This document shows, piece after piece, positions 1-7,947 of a stretch of 56,502 nucleotides of DNA. Numbering within the stretch: position 1 is the stretch's first letter; each line of letters begins with the position of its first letter. The stretch spans positions 1-56,502 of the forward strand of contig JBPCLN010000120.1 in NCBI GenBank assembly GCA_051003235.1, given 5' to 3'. The notes beneath the pieces were generated by a model that was not told the DNA's origin, searched no databases, and saw nothing but the letters and a program-made list of their open reading frames with translations. A program made the position numbers and the translations under genes. Origin of the DNA: Chloroflexota bacterium (GTDB lineage Bacteria > Chloroflexota > UBA4733).

Positions 1-308
1 ACGGCCTGCTCAATCTGCTCGGCATGCTGCGTCTGGCGGGTAGCAAGGCAGAGCACATCCGGCCGGACGGTCTTGAGCATCGTCGCGAAGTCGTCAAAGG
101 CGGGCAGCGAGCCCCAACAAGCCGTAAACGCCTGGCGCGTGGCCTCACCTTTATCAAACACGGCGACCACTTCCGCGTACGGCACGGCGGCGAAGGCGGC
201 GGCCCAGTTGTGGCCGACGAGGTCATGGGAGAGCATCCGGTGGCAGCCGGCGATGGCCACCCGGTAGCGAGACCGCTGCTCGCCATCGCCGCTGCGGCTA
301 GCCGCCAT
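1..308 (-). CDS. Gfo/Idh/MocA-family oxidoreductase, N-terminal part (gene runs off the left edge)
   Basis: Not in the ORF track (no stop in window). My reverse-strand translation from ATG 308..306 gives MAASRSGDGEQRSRYRVAIAGCHRMLSHDLVGHNWAAAFAAVPYAEVVAVFDKGEATRQAF..., a Rossmann-like N-terminus resembling the paralogs at 317..1363 and 5923..6978. The start lies 8 nt after the upstream gene's stop. Confidence 0.55.
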   Translation of the reverse strand, partial: MAASRSGDGEQRSRYRVAIAGCHRMLSHDLVGHNWAAAFAAVPYAEVVAVFDKGEATRQAFTACWGSLPAFDDFATMLKTVRPDVLCLATRQTQHAEQIEQA

Positions 309-316
309 CGCCGGGC

Positions 317-1363
317 TCACCAATCGCGCTTGCCGACGTAGAGGGCACGGTTGGCCAGCGGCAGCGCCACGCGGGCGCCCTGCTGACCGTGGGACGCGAT
401 GACGCCCATGATCAGTTCCTGACTGCGGCGGGCGAGTTGCACGTTGCCCTGGGTATCGCCGCCGTTATCCAATGCCTCCACGAGGTTTGTCATGCAGTTC
501 AAGGCGCTGCTGGTCCGTTCGAATTCCGGTGGTTGCACTACCTCAAGCTGCTTTTCAGCCCCGCCTTGGCGGCGAAGTTCGACGGATTGTCCATCATTGT
601 GCAGCCGCAGTTTGCCGGTCGTGCCGGTTACCTCCCACTCGTAACCAAGCGTGGCGAGCAGGTAGCCATGGATGCCGCCGGCGAAGCGAACATAGGCCGA
701 ATCGATCGAGGGGTCGACCTCGACCTGATTGTCGCCATAGTCGGCTTCGTCCGCCCCCACCGTTCCCTGGACGTACTCCACGTTGCGGTCGCCGGCCAGC
801 ATGAGAAGCAGGTCGGAAGCGTGGGTATGGCTCCAGAGGGCGGAGCCGGCGCAGGAGCCGATGACGGTCCGCTGCTCCCCGACGATGCCCTCGGCGATCA
901 GTCGGCGGGCCTCGCGGTAGACCGAGCTGTAGCGGCGGTTGACGCCAAGGTTGAACTTGACGCCGTGTTGCTCACAGGCGGCAACCATGGCGTCGGCTTC
1001 CGCCATCGAACAGCAGAGGGGCTTCTCACACCAGATCGCTTTGACGCCGCGCTCGGCGGCGTAGACGACGATCTCCCGGTGGCTGGCCGGCCGGGTGGTG
1101 ACGCTGATCACATCGGGATGCTCGCGGTCGATCAGTTCCCGGAAGTCAGTGTAGGGGCGGGGAATATTCCACCGCTGGCAGAAGGCGTGCAATTTGTCTT
1201 CCAGCACATCGGAGGCAGCGACCAGCGTCGTGCGCGCGCAGGCCTGGTAGGTGCCGGCGTGGCTGTAGGGGAAGATGATCGACGCGCTATTGCGCACTTC
1301 ATCGTCGATCGAGCCGCCCATGCGTCCGCAGCCAATAATCGCCGCGGTATAGGTGCGTGCCAT
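317..1363 (-). CDS. Gfo/Idh/MocA-family NAD(P)-dependent oxidoreductase
   Basis: 348-aa ORF. N-terminal IIGCGRMG dinucleotide-binding motif and a CEKP motif are typical of the family. Confidence 0.85.
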   Translation of the reverse strand: MARTYTAAIIGCGRMGGSIDDEVRNSASIIFPYSHAGTYQACARTTLVAASDVLEDKLHAFCQRWNIPRPYTDFRELIDREHPDVISVTTRPASHREIVVYAAERGVKAIWCEKPLCCSMAEADAMVAACEQHGVKFNLGVNRRYSSVYREARRLIAEGIVGEQRTVIGSCAGSALWSHTHASDLLLMLAGDRNVEYVQGTVGADEADYGDNQVEVDPSIDSAYVRFAGGIHGYLLATLGYEWEVTGTTGKLRLHNDGQSVELRRQGGAEKQLEVVQPPEFERTSSALNCMTNLVEALDNGGDTQGNVQLARRSQELIMGVIASHGQQGARVALPLANRALYVGKRDW

Positions 1364-1380
1364 GCCTCATCCTCTCCGTA

Positions 1381-2259
1381 TTACGCCTTTACCGGCGTGC
1401 GTAGGGTACCCAGGCCGGCGATGCTCGCCTCCATGACGTTGCCGGCCCGGAGAAAGGTGCCGGTGGCGTCGCCCACCCCGGAGGCGGTGCCTGTAGCAAT
1501 GATGTCGCCCGGTTCCAGCGTCATAAGGCGCGACGTGAAGGCGATAATCTCCGCAACGCTGAAGATCATGTTGCGCGTGTTGGCGCACTGATGGAGCTTA
1601 CCGTCCACCGTCAGGCGCATATCCAGGTTCTGGGGGGCCGGCGCCTCGTCGGCGGTCAGGAGGTAGGGACCGAGCGGTGCGAAGCCGTCCAGCCACTTGC
1701 CCATCAGCCAGTCAAAATACTCCTTCCAGGCATAGTCGCTCCGTGGACCGCCGTAATCCACCGTGCGCGCCGAGACGTCGTTGATAATGGTATAGCCGGC
1801 CACGGCGTCCAGCGCCCGCTCCACGGGGACGTTGCGAGCACGCCGACCGATCACGACGGCGAGTTCCAGCTCCCAATCTACGGTCTGGGAGACCGCCGGG
1901 AGTACCAGGGGCTGGTCCGGACCAATGATGGCCGACGAGGGCTTCAGAAAGAGCTTTGGGGCGAGCCCGGACTTATCGACTCGCGCGCCGCCGCTCTCGC
2001 TAATGTGATCCTGATAGTTGGCGGCCAGCGCCAGTAGCTTGGGCGGTCGGACCAACGGCGCCAGCAGTTGCACTGCCGCCAGCGGCTGTGTACGGCCCGA
2101 AGCCTGCCGGGCAGCCGCAATCGCCTCCGGCCCGGCGTCCAAGAGGCCGAGCAGGTCGCCCGGTCCGAGATCGACAACGACTTCAGCGTCGCCGGCCCCA
2201 CGCAACAGCCCGTGGCGGACGGCGTCCTGATCACGATACGTCACCAGCTTCATAGTCAT
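1381..2259 (-). CDS. fumarylacetoacetate hydrolase (FAH) family protein
   Basis: 292-aa ORF. Short N-terminal domain plus a FAH-fold C-terminal region (..DWELELAVVIGR.., ..GDIIATGTASGVG..). Confidence 0.85.
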   Translation of the reverse strand: MTMKLVTYRDQDAVRHGLLRGAGDAEVVVDLGPGDLLGLLDAGPEAIAAARQASGRTQPLAAVQLLAPLVRPPKLLALAANYQDHISESGGARVDKSGLAPKLFLKPSSAIIGPDQPLVLPAVSQTVDWELELAVVIGRRARNVPVERALDAVAGYTIINDVSARTVDYGGPRSDYAWKEYFDWLMGKWLDGFAPLGPYLLTADEAPAPQNLDMRLTVDGKLHQCANTRNMIFSVAEIIAFTSRLMTLEPGDIIATGTASGVGDATGTFLRAGNVMEASIAGLGTLRTPVKA

Positions 2260-2309
2260 TTCTTCCTTGCGCGATAGGTGGTTGATGGACCGGCTTCGGG
2301 TTCGACCCT

Positions 2310-3425
2310 TTACTCCGAGCGACCACGGGCGGTCACGAGCCAGACGGCTTCGACCACACCTTTCCGGGCAGCGAATACCCGATCATGAAGGTTGGCGGCG
2401 GAGCAGCAGTGGCCCGGGTAGACTGCCAGCACATCACCGATCCGCAAATCGGTGGCATAGCCGTCGCGGACGATAAAGTTGCCATGCTCCTCGGAGAGCG
2501 AACGGTACGCGAGTTCGGGATGGCCCGCCACTGCCGGCGTGCCGTGGTCCCGCGCCAGGACCTGGATGCCACCGTCGGTGATGACCTTCTCCGAGGATGG
2601 CCGGCTCAGCACGGTGCAAAGCACACTGAAGGCCAGGTCAAATTCCGGCACTTTCTCCTGGTAGCTGGGGTCCATATAGACGTAAGAACCGGACTGGTGC
2701 TCTGTCACGCCGGGATAGACGCCGGAAATGTTGTAGGTACCGGTACCGCCGCCGGTCACCACGGCCACCGCCAGGCCGTTGTGCTCCAGGAGGTCACGGG
2801 TCTCGATCGTCCGGGCAAACATGCGCTCCGTTTCCGCCTTGCGCACCGCGACGTCTTGGTGCTGGACGACGTGGCCCTCATACGCATGCAGCCCGCGGAA
2901 GCGCAGCCCGGGCGACCGGCTGACCGCCCTTGCCAGGTCCAGGGCCGGCTGGCCCGGTTGGACACCGCAGCGACCCATCCCGGCGTCGACCTCGACCACC
3001 ACATCAAGCGTCACGCCGTGGGCCTGAGCGGCGTCGGCGAGATCGGCGACATTGCCGGCGTCATCGACGGCAACCGTCACACGGGCGCGCTGCGCCAACC
3101 GGCAGAGCCGGTCGATAGCCTGACGGGAAACGACCTGATTGGCGACGAACACGTCATCAATGCCGCCCTCCGCCATCGCTTCGGCCATGGCTACCTTGGC
3201 GCATGTGACGCCCGTCGCGCCGGCAGCCAGTTGCATCCGCGCGATCACCGGGGCGCGGTGGGTCTTCACATGTGGGCGCAGGCGGGCTGGGCGGTCCTGA
3301 AAGAATCTGGCCATTCGGGTGATGTTGCTCTGGAGCACGTCAACATCGACGACCGGCGCCGGCGTGGGGAGGTCGGCAACCGGCCGTCCGATCGCCGGAT
3401 GATCGGTCAGAACGTCAGCAAACAT
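2310..3425 (-). CDS. DSD1-family PLP-dependent enzyme (D-serine dehydratase / D-threonine aldolase-like, alanine-racemase N-terminal fold)
   Basis: 371-aa ORF. Has TPAPVVDVDVL.. followed by the RPHVKTHRAP lysine motif characteristic of this family. Confidence 0.8.
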   Translation of the reverse strand: MFADVLTDHPAIGRPVADLPTPAPVVDVDVLQSNITRMARFFQDRPARLRPHVKTHRAPVIARMQLAAGATGVTCAKVAMAEAMAEGGIDDVFVANQVVSRQAIDRLCRLAQRARVTVAVDDAGNVADLADAAQAHGVTLDVVVEVDAGMGRCGVQPGQPALDLARAVSRSPGLRFRGLHAYEGHVVQHQDVAVRKAETERMFARTIETRDLLEHNGLAVAVVTGGGTGTYNISGVYPGVTEHQSGSYVYMDPSYQEKVPEFDLAFSVLCTVLSRPSSEKVITDGGIQVLARDHGTPAVAGHPELAYRSLSEEHGNFIVRDGYATDLRIGDVLAVYPGHCCSAANLHDRVFAARKGVVEAVWLVTARGRSE

Positions 3426-3462
3426 GGGTTATGCTTCCAAATCCAATACGGTGTAGTTGTTG

Positions 3463-3495
3463 AACCGGGCCGTGGCTGCGGTCGGCGGCCCGGTT
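3463..3495 (-). terminator. 10-bp perfect GC-rich hairpin immediately after the solute-binding-protein gene (intercistronic stabiliser or partial terminator)
   Basis: AACCGGGCCG (3463-3472) and CGGCCCGGTT (3486-3495) are perfect reverse complements around a 13-nt loop. There is no U-tract. Confidence 0.4.
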
Positions 3496-3506
3496 ACCGG
3501 CTCTTA

Positions 3507-5042
3507 TTATTGCAGCTTCAGATCCTGATCGAGCAACACCTGCGCCGCTTGCTGGGCCTGCGTCAGGCCATCCTGAACGCTGTACTTGCCGCCAAAGATA
3601 TCGTTGATCGTGGTGTTGAGCGCCCCCGAGATCTTGGCGTAGGAGGGTAGGGCCGGCCAGCGCCAGCCGTGGGGGGCCATGTCAACGAACCCCTTGAGCT
3701 GGGGATCCGTCATGAGGTAGTCCTGGAGTTCCGTCGATTGGAAGGCGGCGTTGCTCACCGGCAGGGACGTGGCCTGGATGCACATCTGAGCCTGGGCGTG
3801 CGAGGCGTTGAGCCACATGGCGACGCGAGCAGCCGCTTGTCTGTGATCGGCCGGGATTCCCTGGAAGACGGAGACGTTGTGCCCGCCGTTCCCGGCGAAA
3901 ATGGTCTTCTTGATCGGCGTCGGGAGGACCGTGAAGTCGGTAACACCGTTATGCCGCAAGGTCGGGATGCGATACGGCCCCTGGCTCTCGAAGACCACAC
4001 CGGTGCCCTTGGTCTTATTGAACAGCTCGCCTTCCATCTTGGTTGGCGTGACGCCGATCTTGAACAGGTTCGCCAGGTACGTGATGGTATCTTGCGCTTC
4101 CGGGGTGGTCATGGTGATCTTCTGGGCGTCCGAACTGATCGGAAACCCCCCAGCCGAGCCGAGCCAGTTGCTCCAGTAGACCCAGTTCCAGTCGTAGCCC
4201 CAGCGGTCCGGCGGTTTGTTCCCCTTCTGGACGAGATCCTGGAAGTCCTGCCAATTCCAGTCGGACTTCGGTGCGGGGACGCCAACCTGGGCGAGGAGTT
4301 GCGGACTGTAGATGATGGCGGAGTTGTTCGTGTAGCAGGGCATGCCGGCGAGCTTGCCGGCCCAGCTGCTGCTGGAGAGCATGTCAGGGAAGATGTCGGC
4401 CTTCTGGGCCGCCCAGCCCTTTTCCGGGCGGAGTTGGGCGTCCAGGTCGATCACCGCCCCTTTGGCGAGGAGCGCCGCCGCGTCATAGTAGGCGACGTAG
4501 ATCAGGTCGGGCGGCGTGCCGGCGGCGGCCAGTGTAAAAGCCTTGTCGAGGGTGGTGGCGTTCTTGGCCGCCGAAACGTCGACGGTGACGCCATCGGTGT
4601 TGGTCTTCGTATATTCGGCTAGCAAGCCGAGCCGCGCTTTGCCTTCCGGATGTGTATCCGGCAGATCGGACATATAGGTGACGGTGATTCCGCCTACCTT
4701 GCCCACCGCGCTCGTGGCCGTTGCCTGGACGGCGGACGCCGAAGAGGTTGCCGCGGCTGATGTCGCGCTGGTGCTGGTGGGCGTGACAGCGGACGCTGTT
4801 TTCCCTGCCGATGTGCTTGCTGTCGCGCTAGTACTGGTCGGCGCGACAGCGGATGCTGTCGTAGCCGGAGCCGTTGCCGGCGCCGTACTTATTGTCGATA
4901 GCGCGGCGGTTGCGGTCGTGCTTGCTGCCCCTTGGCCACTGCCGCACGCAGCAAGCAAGGAGGCGGCAGCCAGGCCGCCAGGCAGGGCAACCAGGAAACG
5001 CCGCCGCGTTACGCCCGTCGGTAGACCTGAAAGTTGAGGCAT
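3507..5042 (-). CDS. ABC transporter extracellular solute-binding lipoprotein (carbohydrate type) with Ala/Thr/Ser-rich linker
   Basis: The ORF track gives 3507..5126. I prefer ATG 5042 (MPQLSGLPTGVTRRRFLV...LLAACGS), which gives a twin-arginine signal plus lipobox, preceded by AAGGAG 7 nt upstream. The C-terminal ~400 aa look like a family-1 sugar SBP. Confidence 0.85.
   Translation of the reverse strand: MPQLSGLPTGVTRRRFLVALPGGLAAASLLAACGSGQGAASTTATAALSTISTAPATAPATTASAVAPTSTSATASTSAGKTASAVTPTSTSATSAAATSSASAVQATATSAVGKVGGITVTYMSDLPDTHPEGKARLGLLAEYTKTNTDGVTVDVSAAKNATTLDKAFTLAAAGTPPDLIYVAYYDAAALLAKGAVIDLDAQLRPEKGWAAQKADIFPDMLSSSSWAGKLAGMPCYTNNSAIIYSPQLLAQVGVPAPKSDWNWQDFQDLVQKGNKPPDRWGYDWNWVYWSNWLGSAGGFPISSDAQKITMTTPEAQDTITYLANLFKIGVTPTKMEGELFNKTKGTGVVFESQGPYRIPTLRHNGVTDFTVLPTPIKKTIFAGNGGHNVSVFQGIPADHRQAAARVAMWLNASHAQAQMCIQATSLPVSNAAFQSTELQDYLMTDPQLKGFVDMAPHGWRWPALPSYAKISGALNTTINDIFGGKYSVQDGLTQAQQAAQVLLDQDLKLQ
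4761..4859. repeat. Imperfect direct repeat (two ~39-nt copies, 60-nt period) inside the SBP linker
   Basis: 4761-4799 and 4821-4859 match at about 34/39 positions. They encode TASAV(A/T)PTSTSAT(A/S) twice at a 20-aa period. Confidence 0.8.
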
Positions 5043-5094
5043 CGCATTCTCCTTCGCAATCGCAGAAACAACACCACAGCAAACGCGGCGGCCG

Positions 5095-5796
5095 CTATGA
5101 CCCTGCGAGCAGCCGTCCGCCAACACGTTCTACGTGGGCGGCGGCTGCTCGTTCGGCGCGCTGCGGGTCGCCAGCCGCGAGCGCTTGAATTACTTGGTGG
5201 TGACGCTCCATAAAGTCATTGATCGCCTCAGGGCTCGGTGACGATGGTGGCGTCGCCGCGATGAGCTTCCAGGCAGCCGGCGTGAGCAACCGCCAGGAAC
5301 GCAGGAGTAACTCGTGCCGGGCGCTGCGCACGAGCAGGTCGTGGAACTCGGCGTTCTTCTCCTCCATCGTCAGCCAGTCGCCACGGCGTGCCCCGTCGGC
5401 GCCGGCTTCCACTACCGATCGCAACTGCTCCAACTCGGCGGGCGTGATCCGCAAACACGCCCGCCGCGCGGCAAACCCTTCCAGGACGGCCCGTAGACTG
5501 ACCACCTCATCAATGTGCGCCGCTGAATGCTGCGGCACAAACACGCCGCGCCGGACGGCGTGCGCCAGGATGCCATCGCGCAGCAGGCGCGCCATCGCTT
5601 CTCGTACCGGCGTCCGGCTGATACCGAGCCGCCGGGCAATCTCCGCCTCACTGATCCGATCACCCGGCTGCACCTCGCCGCTGCGAATCAGTTCCAGGAC
5701 ATAGGCCTCAACATCCAAGTGCAGCGCCCGGTTCTCGGTCAAATTTGGAACAGGAACGGCCATCGTCTCCCCGTCGCCGTCGGAGTATATCTCCAT
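5095..5796 (-). CDS. GntR-family transcriptional regulator (FadR/FCD subfamily)
   Basis: 233-aa ORF. N-terminal winged HTH (..GDRISEAEIARRLGISRTPVREAMARLLRDGIL..) plus an all-helical C-terminal FCD-like domain. An alternative start is ATG 5763 (MAVPVPNL). Confidence 0.85.
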   Translation of the reverse strand: MEIYSDGDGETMAVPVPNLTENRALHLDVEAYVLELIRSGEVQPGDRISEAEIARRLGISRTPVREAMARLLRDGILAHAVRRGVFVPQHSAAHIDEVVSLRAVLEGFAARRACLRITPAELEQLRSVVEAGADGARRGDWLTMEEKNAEFHDLLVRSARHELLLRSWRLLTPAAWKLIAATPPSSPSPEAINDFMERHHQVIQALAAGDPQRAERAAAAHVERVGGRLLAGS

Positions 5797-5800
5797 GTGG

Positions 5801-5812
5801 ACTGTCTACAGT
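5801..5812. promoter_or_regulatory. Candidate GntR operator palindrome ACTGTCTACAGT in the divergent intergenic region
   Basis: Perfect 5-2-5 palindrome containing the TGT-n2-ACA core expected for GntR/FadR-type operators. Related copies are ACTGTAG at 5823-5829 and GTAGACAG at 5876-5883. Confidence 0.4.
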
Positions 5813-5922
5813 TCTACATGCTACTGTAGGCTATCAGCCGCTCCCTGTCAAGGGCGAGGGAGAAAATGTAGGGCCGTAGACAGCGGTCGCGGCCCTACTG
5901 CGTCAGGGAAGGTGGAAAAGCA

Positions 5923-6978
5923 ATGGCAGCACCAAAAGTCTACCGAGCGGGGATCATCGGTCTGGCGCGCATGGGGAGCTGGTGGGACGACAAGTTGCAG
6001 GAGACGACGCCGCTGGAAGTGCCGTCTAGCCATGCCGGCATGTACACCGCCTGCCCGCGTACCGAACTGGTCGCCGGCTGCGACCTTGACGCTGAGAAGC
6101 GGGGGACTTTTTCCCGGCGCTGGGGCGTCGGGGCGGTCTACGCCGACTACCGGGAAATGCTGGCGCAGGAGTCGCTGGATGTGGTCAGCGTGGTCACCTC
6201 CTGGGCGAGCGTCCAAGGCGACATCGCTACGCACGTCGCCGCCAGTGGCGTGAAGGGCATGTACTGCGAGAAGCCGATGGCCACCTCGATCGAGCAGATG
6301 AGCCGGATTGTCGATCTCTGCCGCGATCATCAGGTGGCCGTGGTCGTACCCTACATCCGTCGCTACAATCCGCGCTACGCCACAGTCCGGGAACTTGTGA
6401 CTTCCGGCGAAATTGGCCAGTTGCGCGCCATCCACGCCACTGCCGTTGCTGCCTTGCTGCATGCCGGCACCCACTATTTCGACCTGATGAACTACCTCAG
6501 CGGCGATCCGGAGCCAGCCTGGGGCGTCGGTCGCCTGGAAGACACCTCTCATATCAAAGCGGACAACTGGTCCCGTCAGGACCCGTCGGGCAGCGGTTAC
6601 TTCGAGTTCCGTAACGGGTTACGCTACACCTTCGACGGCGCAGCCGGTGGGCCGGCTTCCTTCCTGCTGTCCGGCACGGCCGGGCGAATCTGGGTGCTCA
6701 ACGAGGCGACGGACATCCTGCTGTGGCGAACCAGGGCTACGGCGGACAGGGTCGTGGTGGAAACCATTGCCCCGGCCGAGCAGACCCAAAGCCTGATGTA
6801 CTCCGGCCTGGAGGATCTCGTCCATGCCATGGATACGGGCGAACCCACCCGCTGCAATGCGCAACAGGCGGCGCGGACACTGGAAATGGCCCTTGCCATC
6901 CACGAGTCTCAGCAGCACGGTAATAGCCGAGTGGACTTCCCGCTTCAGAATCGGAGCCTGAGCGTGGATACCTGGTAG
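5923..6978 (+). CDS. Gfo/Idh/MocA-family oxidoreductase (paralog of 317..1363)
   Basis: 351-aa ORF. IIGLARMG.. and ..CEKPMA motifs. It aligns by eye along its length with the 317..1363 product. Confidence 0.85.
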   Translation: MAAPKVYRAGIIGLARMGSWWDDKLQETTPLEVPSSHAGMYTACPRTELVAGCDLDAEKRGTFSRRWGVGAVYADYREMLAQESLDVVSVVTSWASVQGDIATHVAASGVKGMYCEKPMATSIEQMSRIVDLCRDHQVAVVVPYIRRYNPRYATVRELVTSGEIGQLRAIHATAVAALLHAGTHYFDLMNYLSGDPEPAWGVGRLEDTSHIKADNWSRQDPSGSGYFEFRNGLRYTFDGAAGGPASFLLSGTAGRIWVLNEATDILLWRTRATADRVVVETIAPAEQTQSLMYSGLEDLVHAMDTGEPTRCNAQQAARTLEMALAIHESQQHGNSRVDFPLQNRSLSVDTW

Positions 6979-7024
6979 GGATAGGGTTGCAACGGTCGGC
7001 GCCCATGGCAATTCAGCAGTTCCG

Positions 7025-7054
7025 TTGACCCGTTGGCACGCGACATGCTAGCGT
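7025..7054 (+). promoter_or_regulatory. Possible sigma-70-type promoter for infC (TTGACC-18 nt-TAGCGT)
   Basis: TTGACC at 7025-7030 and TAGCGT at 7049-7054. Hexamer match only. Confidence 0.3.
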
Positions 7055-7114
7055 TTAATCTCACGCAGGCGTTTTCTGCGCTACCAGGCAGATGCTTCAG
7101 GAGGAGTCACCAAC

Positions 7115-7873
7115 ATCGCACGAGATATCCGTGTCAACGAGAAGATCCGGGCCAGAGACGTTCGAGTCATCGGCGAGGATAGCCAGCAACTAGGAGTATA
7201 CACCCTGTTCGCGGCGCTGGCGATGGCGCGAGAGCGTGGGTTGGATCTCGTTGAGGTCGCCCCGAACTCGGTGCCGCCGGTCTGCCGCTTGATGGACTAC
7301 GGTCGGTACAAATACGAACAGCAAAAGCGGGATCAAGAGGCCCATCGCGCCCAACGCACCAACGACCTGAAGGAAGTGCGTATGGCACCCGTCATCGACG
7401 ACCATGATATCGAGACAAAGACGAACATGATTCGCCGCTTCGTGGAGGAGGGCGACAAGGTAAAGGTCACGATTCAGTTCCGCGGCGCCCAGATGCGGCA
7501 CCAGGAAATTGGACGGGACGTTCTGGAACGTATCCTGACCATCCTGCGCGGCGTGGCCATCCTGGAACGGCCGATTATCATGGAAGGCCGCAACATGAGC
7601 ATGTTTGTCGGCGCGCCGGCCAACCGCCAGCCGGCGCCAGGTGACAACCGCGCCGCTGTGCCTGCCGTACCCCGCCCGCCCGTTCCCGCCGCCAATCGGT
7701 TTGGGAACGCTCCACGACCCGCCGACGGTGCCAATCCGCGACCCACCGGGACGTTAGCCCCTCGGCCGATCGTATCGGGTCCAGCCCGGCCCGCCAACGG
7801 CGCCGCCGACCTGGCCGACTCCGCGAACAGTGTGCCAACGCCGGCCGCCGAGGACAATCGTTCTTCTTCCTGA
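7115..7873 (+). CDS. infC: translation initiation factor IF-3, non-AUG (ATC) start, with ~85-aa Pro/Ala-rich C-terminal tail
   Basis: The ORF track starts at ATG 7223, but the in-frame upstream sequence encodes (I)ARDIRVNEKIRARDVRVIGEDSQQLGVYTLFAALAMARERG, the conserved IF3 N-domain. The frame is closed by TAG at 7049-7051. ATC 7115 lies 8-10 nt after GGAGGAG (7100-7106). Confidence 0.9.
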   Translation: MARDIRVNEKIRARDVRVIGEDSQQLGVYTLFAALAMARERGLDLVEVAPNSVPPVCRLMDYGRYKYEQQKRDQEAHRAQRTNDLKEVRMAPVIDDHDIETKTNMIRRFVEEGDKVKVTIQFRGAQMRHQEIGRDVLERILTILRGVAILERPIIMEGRNMSMFVGAPANRQPAPGDNRAAVPAVPRPPVPAANRFGNAPRPADGANPRPTGTLAPRPIVSGPARPANGAADLADSANSVPTPAAEDNRSSS

Positions 7874-7947
7874 ACACCTCCCACACCGGCACGATGAACA
7901 GAGGGCCGGCGTTCAAGCCCGCCCGCCCTCTGCTCCCTCCCTTTGCT

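Noticed and set aside
24-341. 105-aa + strand ORF at the left edge
   Set aside because: Its composition is Arg/Gly/His-rich and unprotein-like. The opposite strand in the same region encodes a clean Rossmann-type N-terminus of a Gfo/Idh/MocA paralog, so this is a shadow ORF.
389-1591. 400-aa + strand ORF antisense to the oxidoreductase and FAH genes. Similar long antisense ORFs: 2385..3650, 15710..16687, 17168..18109, 20631..21491, 26866..27747, 29735..30640, 30997..31890, 37677..38729, 47957..49300, 53480..54469
   Set aside because: All lie opposite confidently identified conserved genes. They are rich in Arg/Gly/Ala/Pro with no recognisable motifs. This is the typical stop-codon-poor antisense frame of GC-rich DNA.
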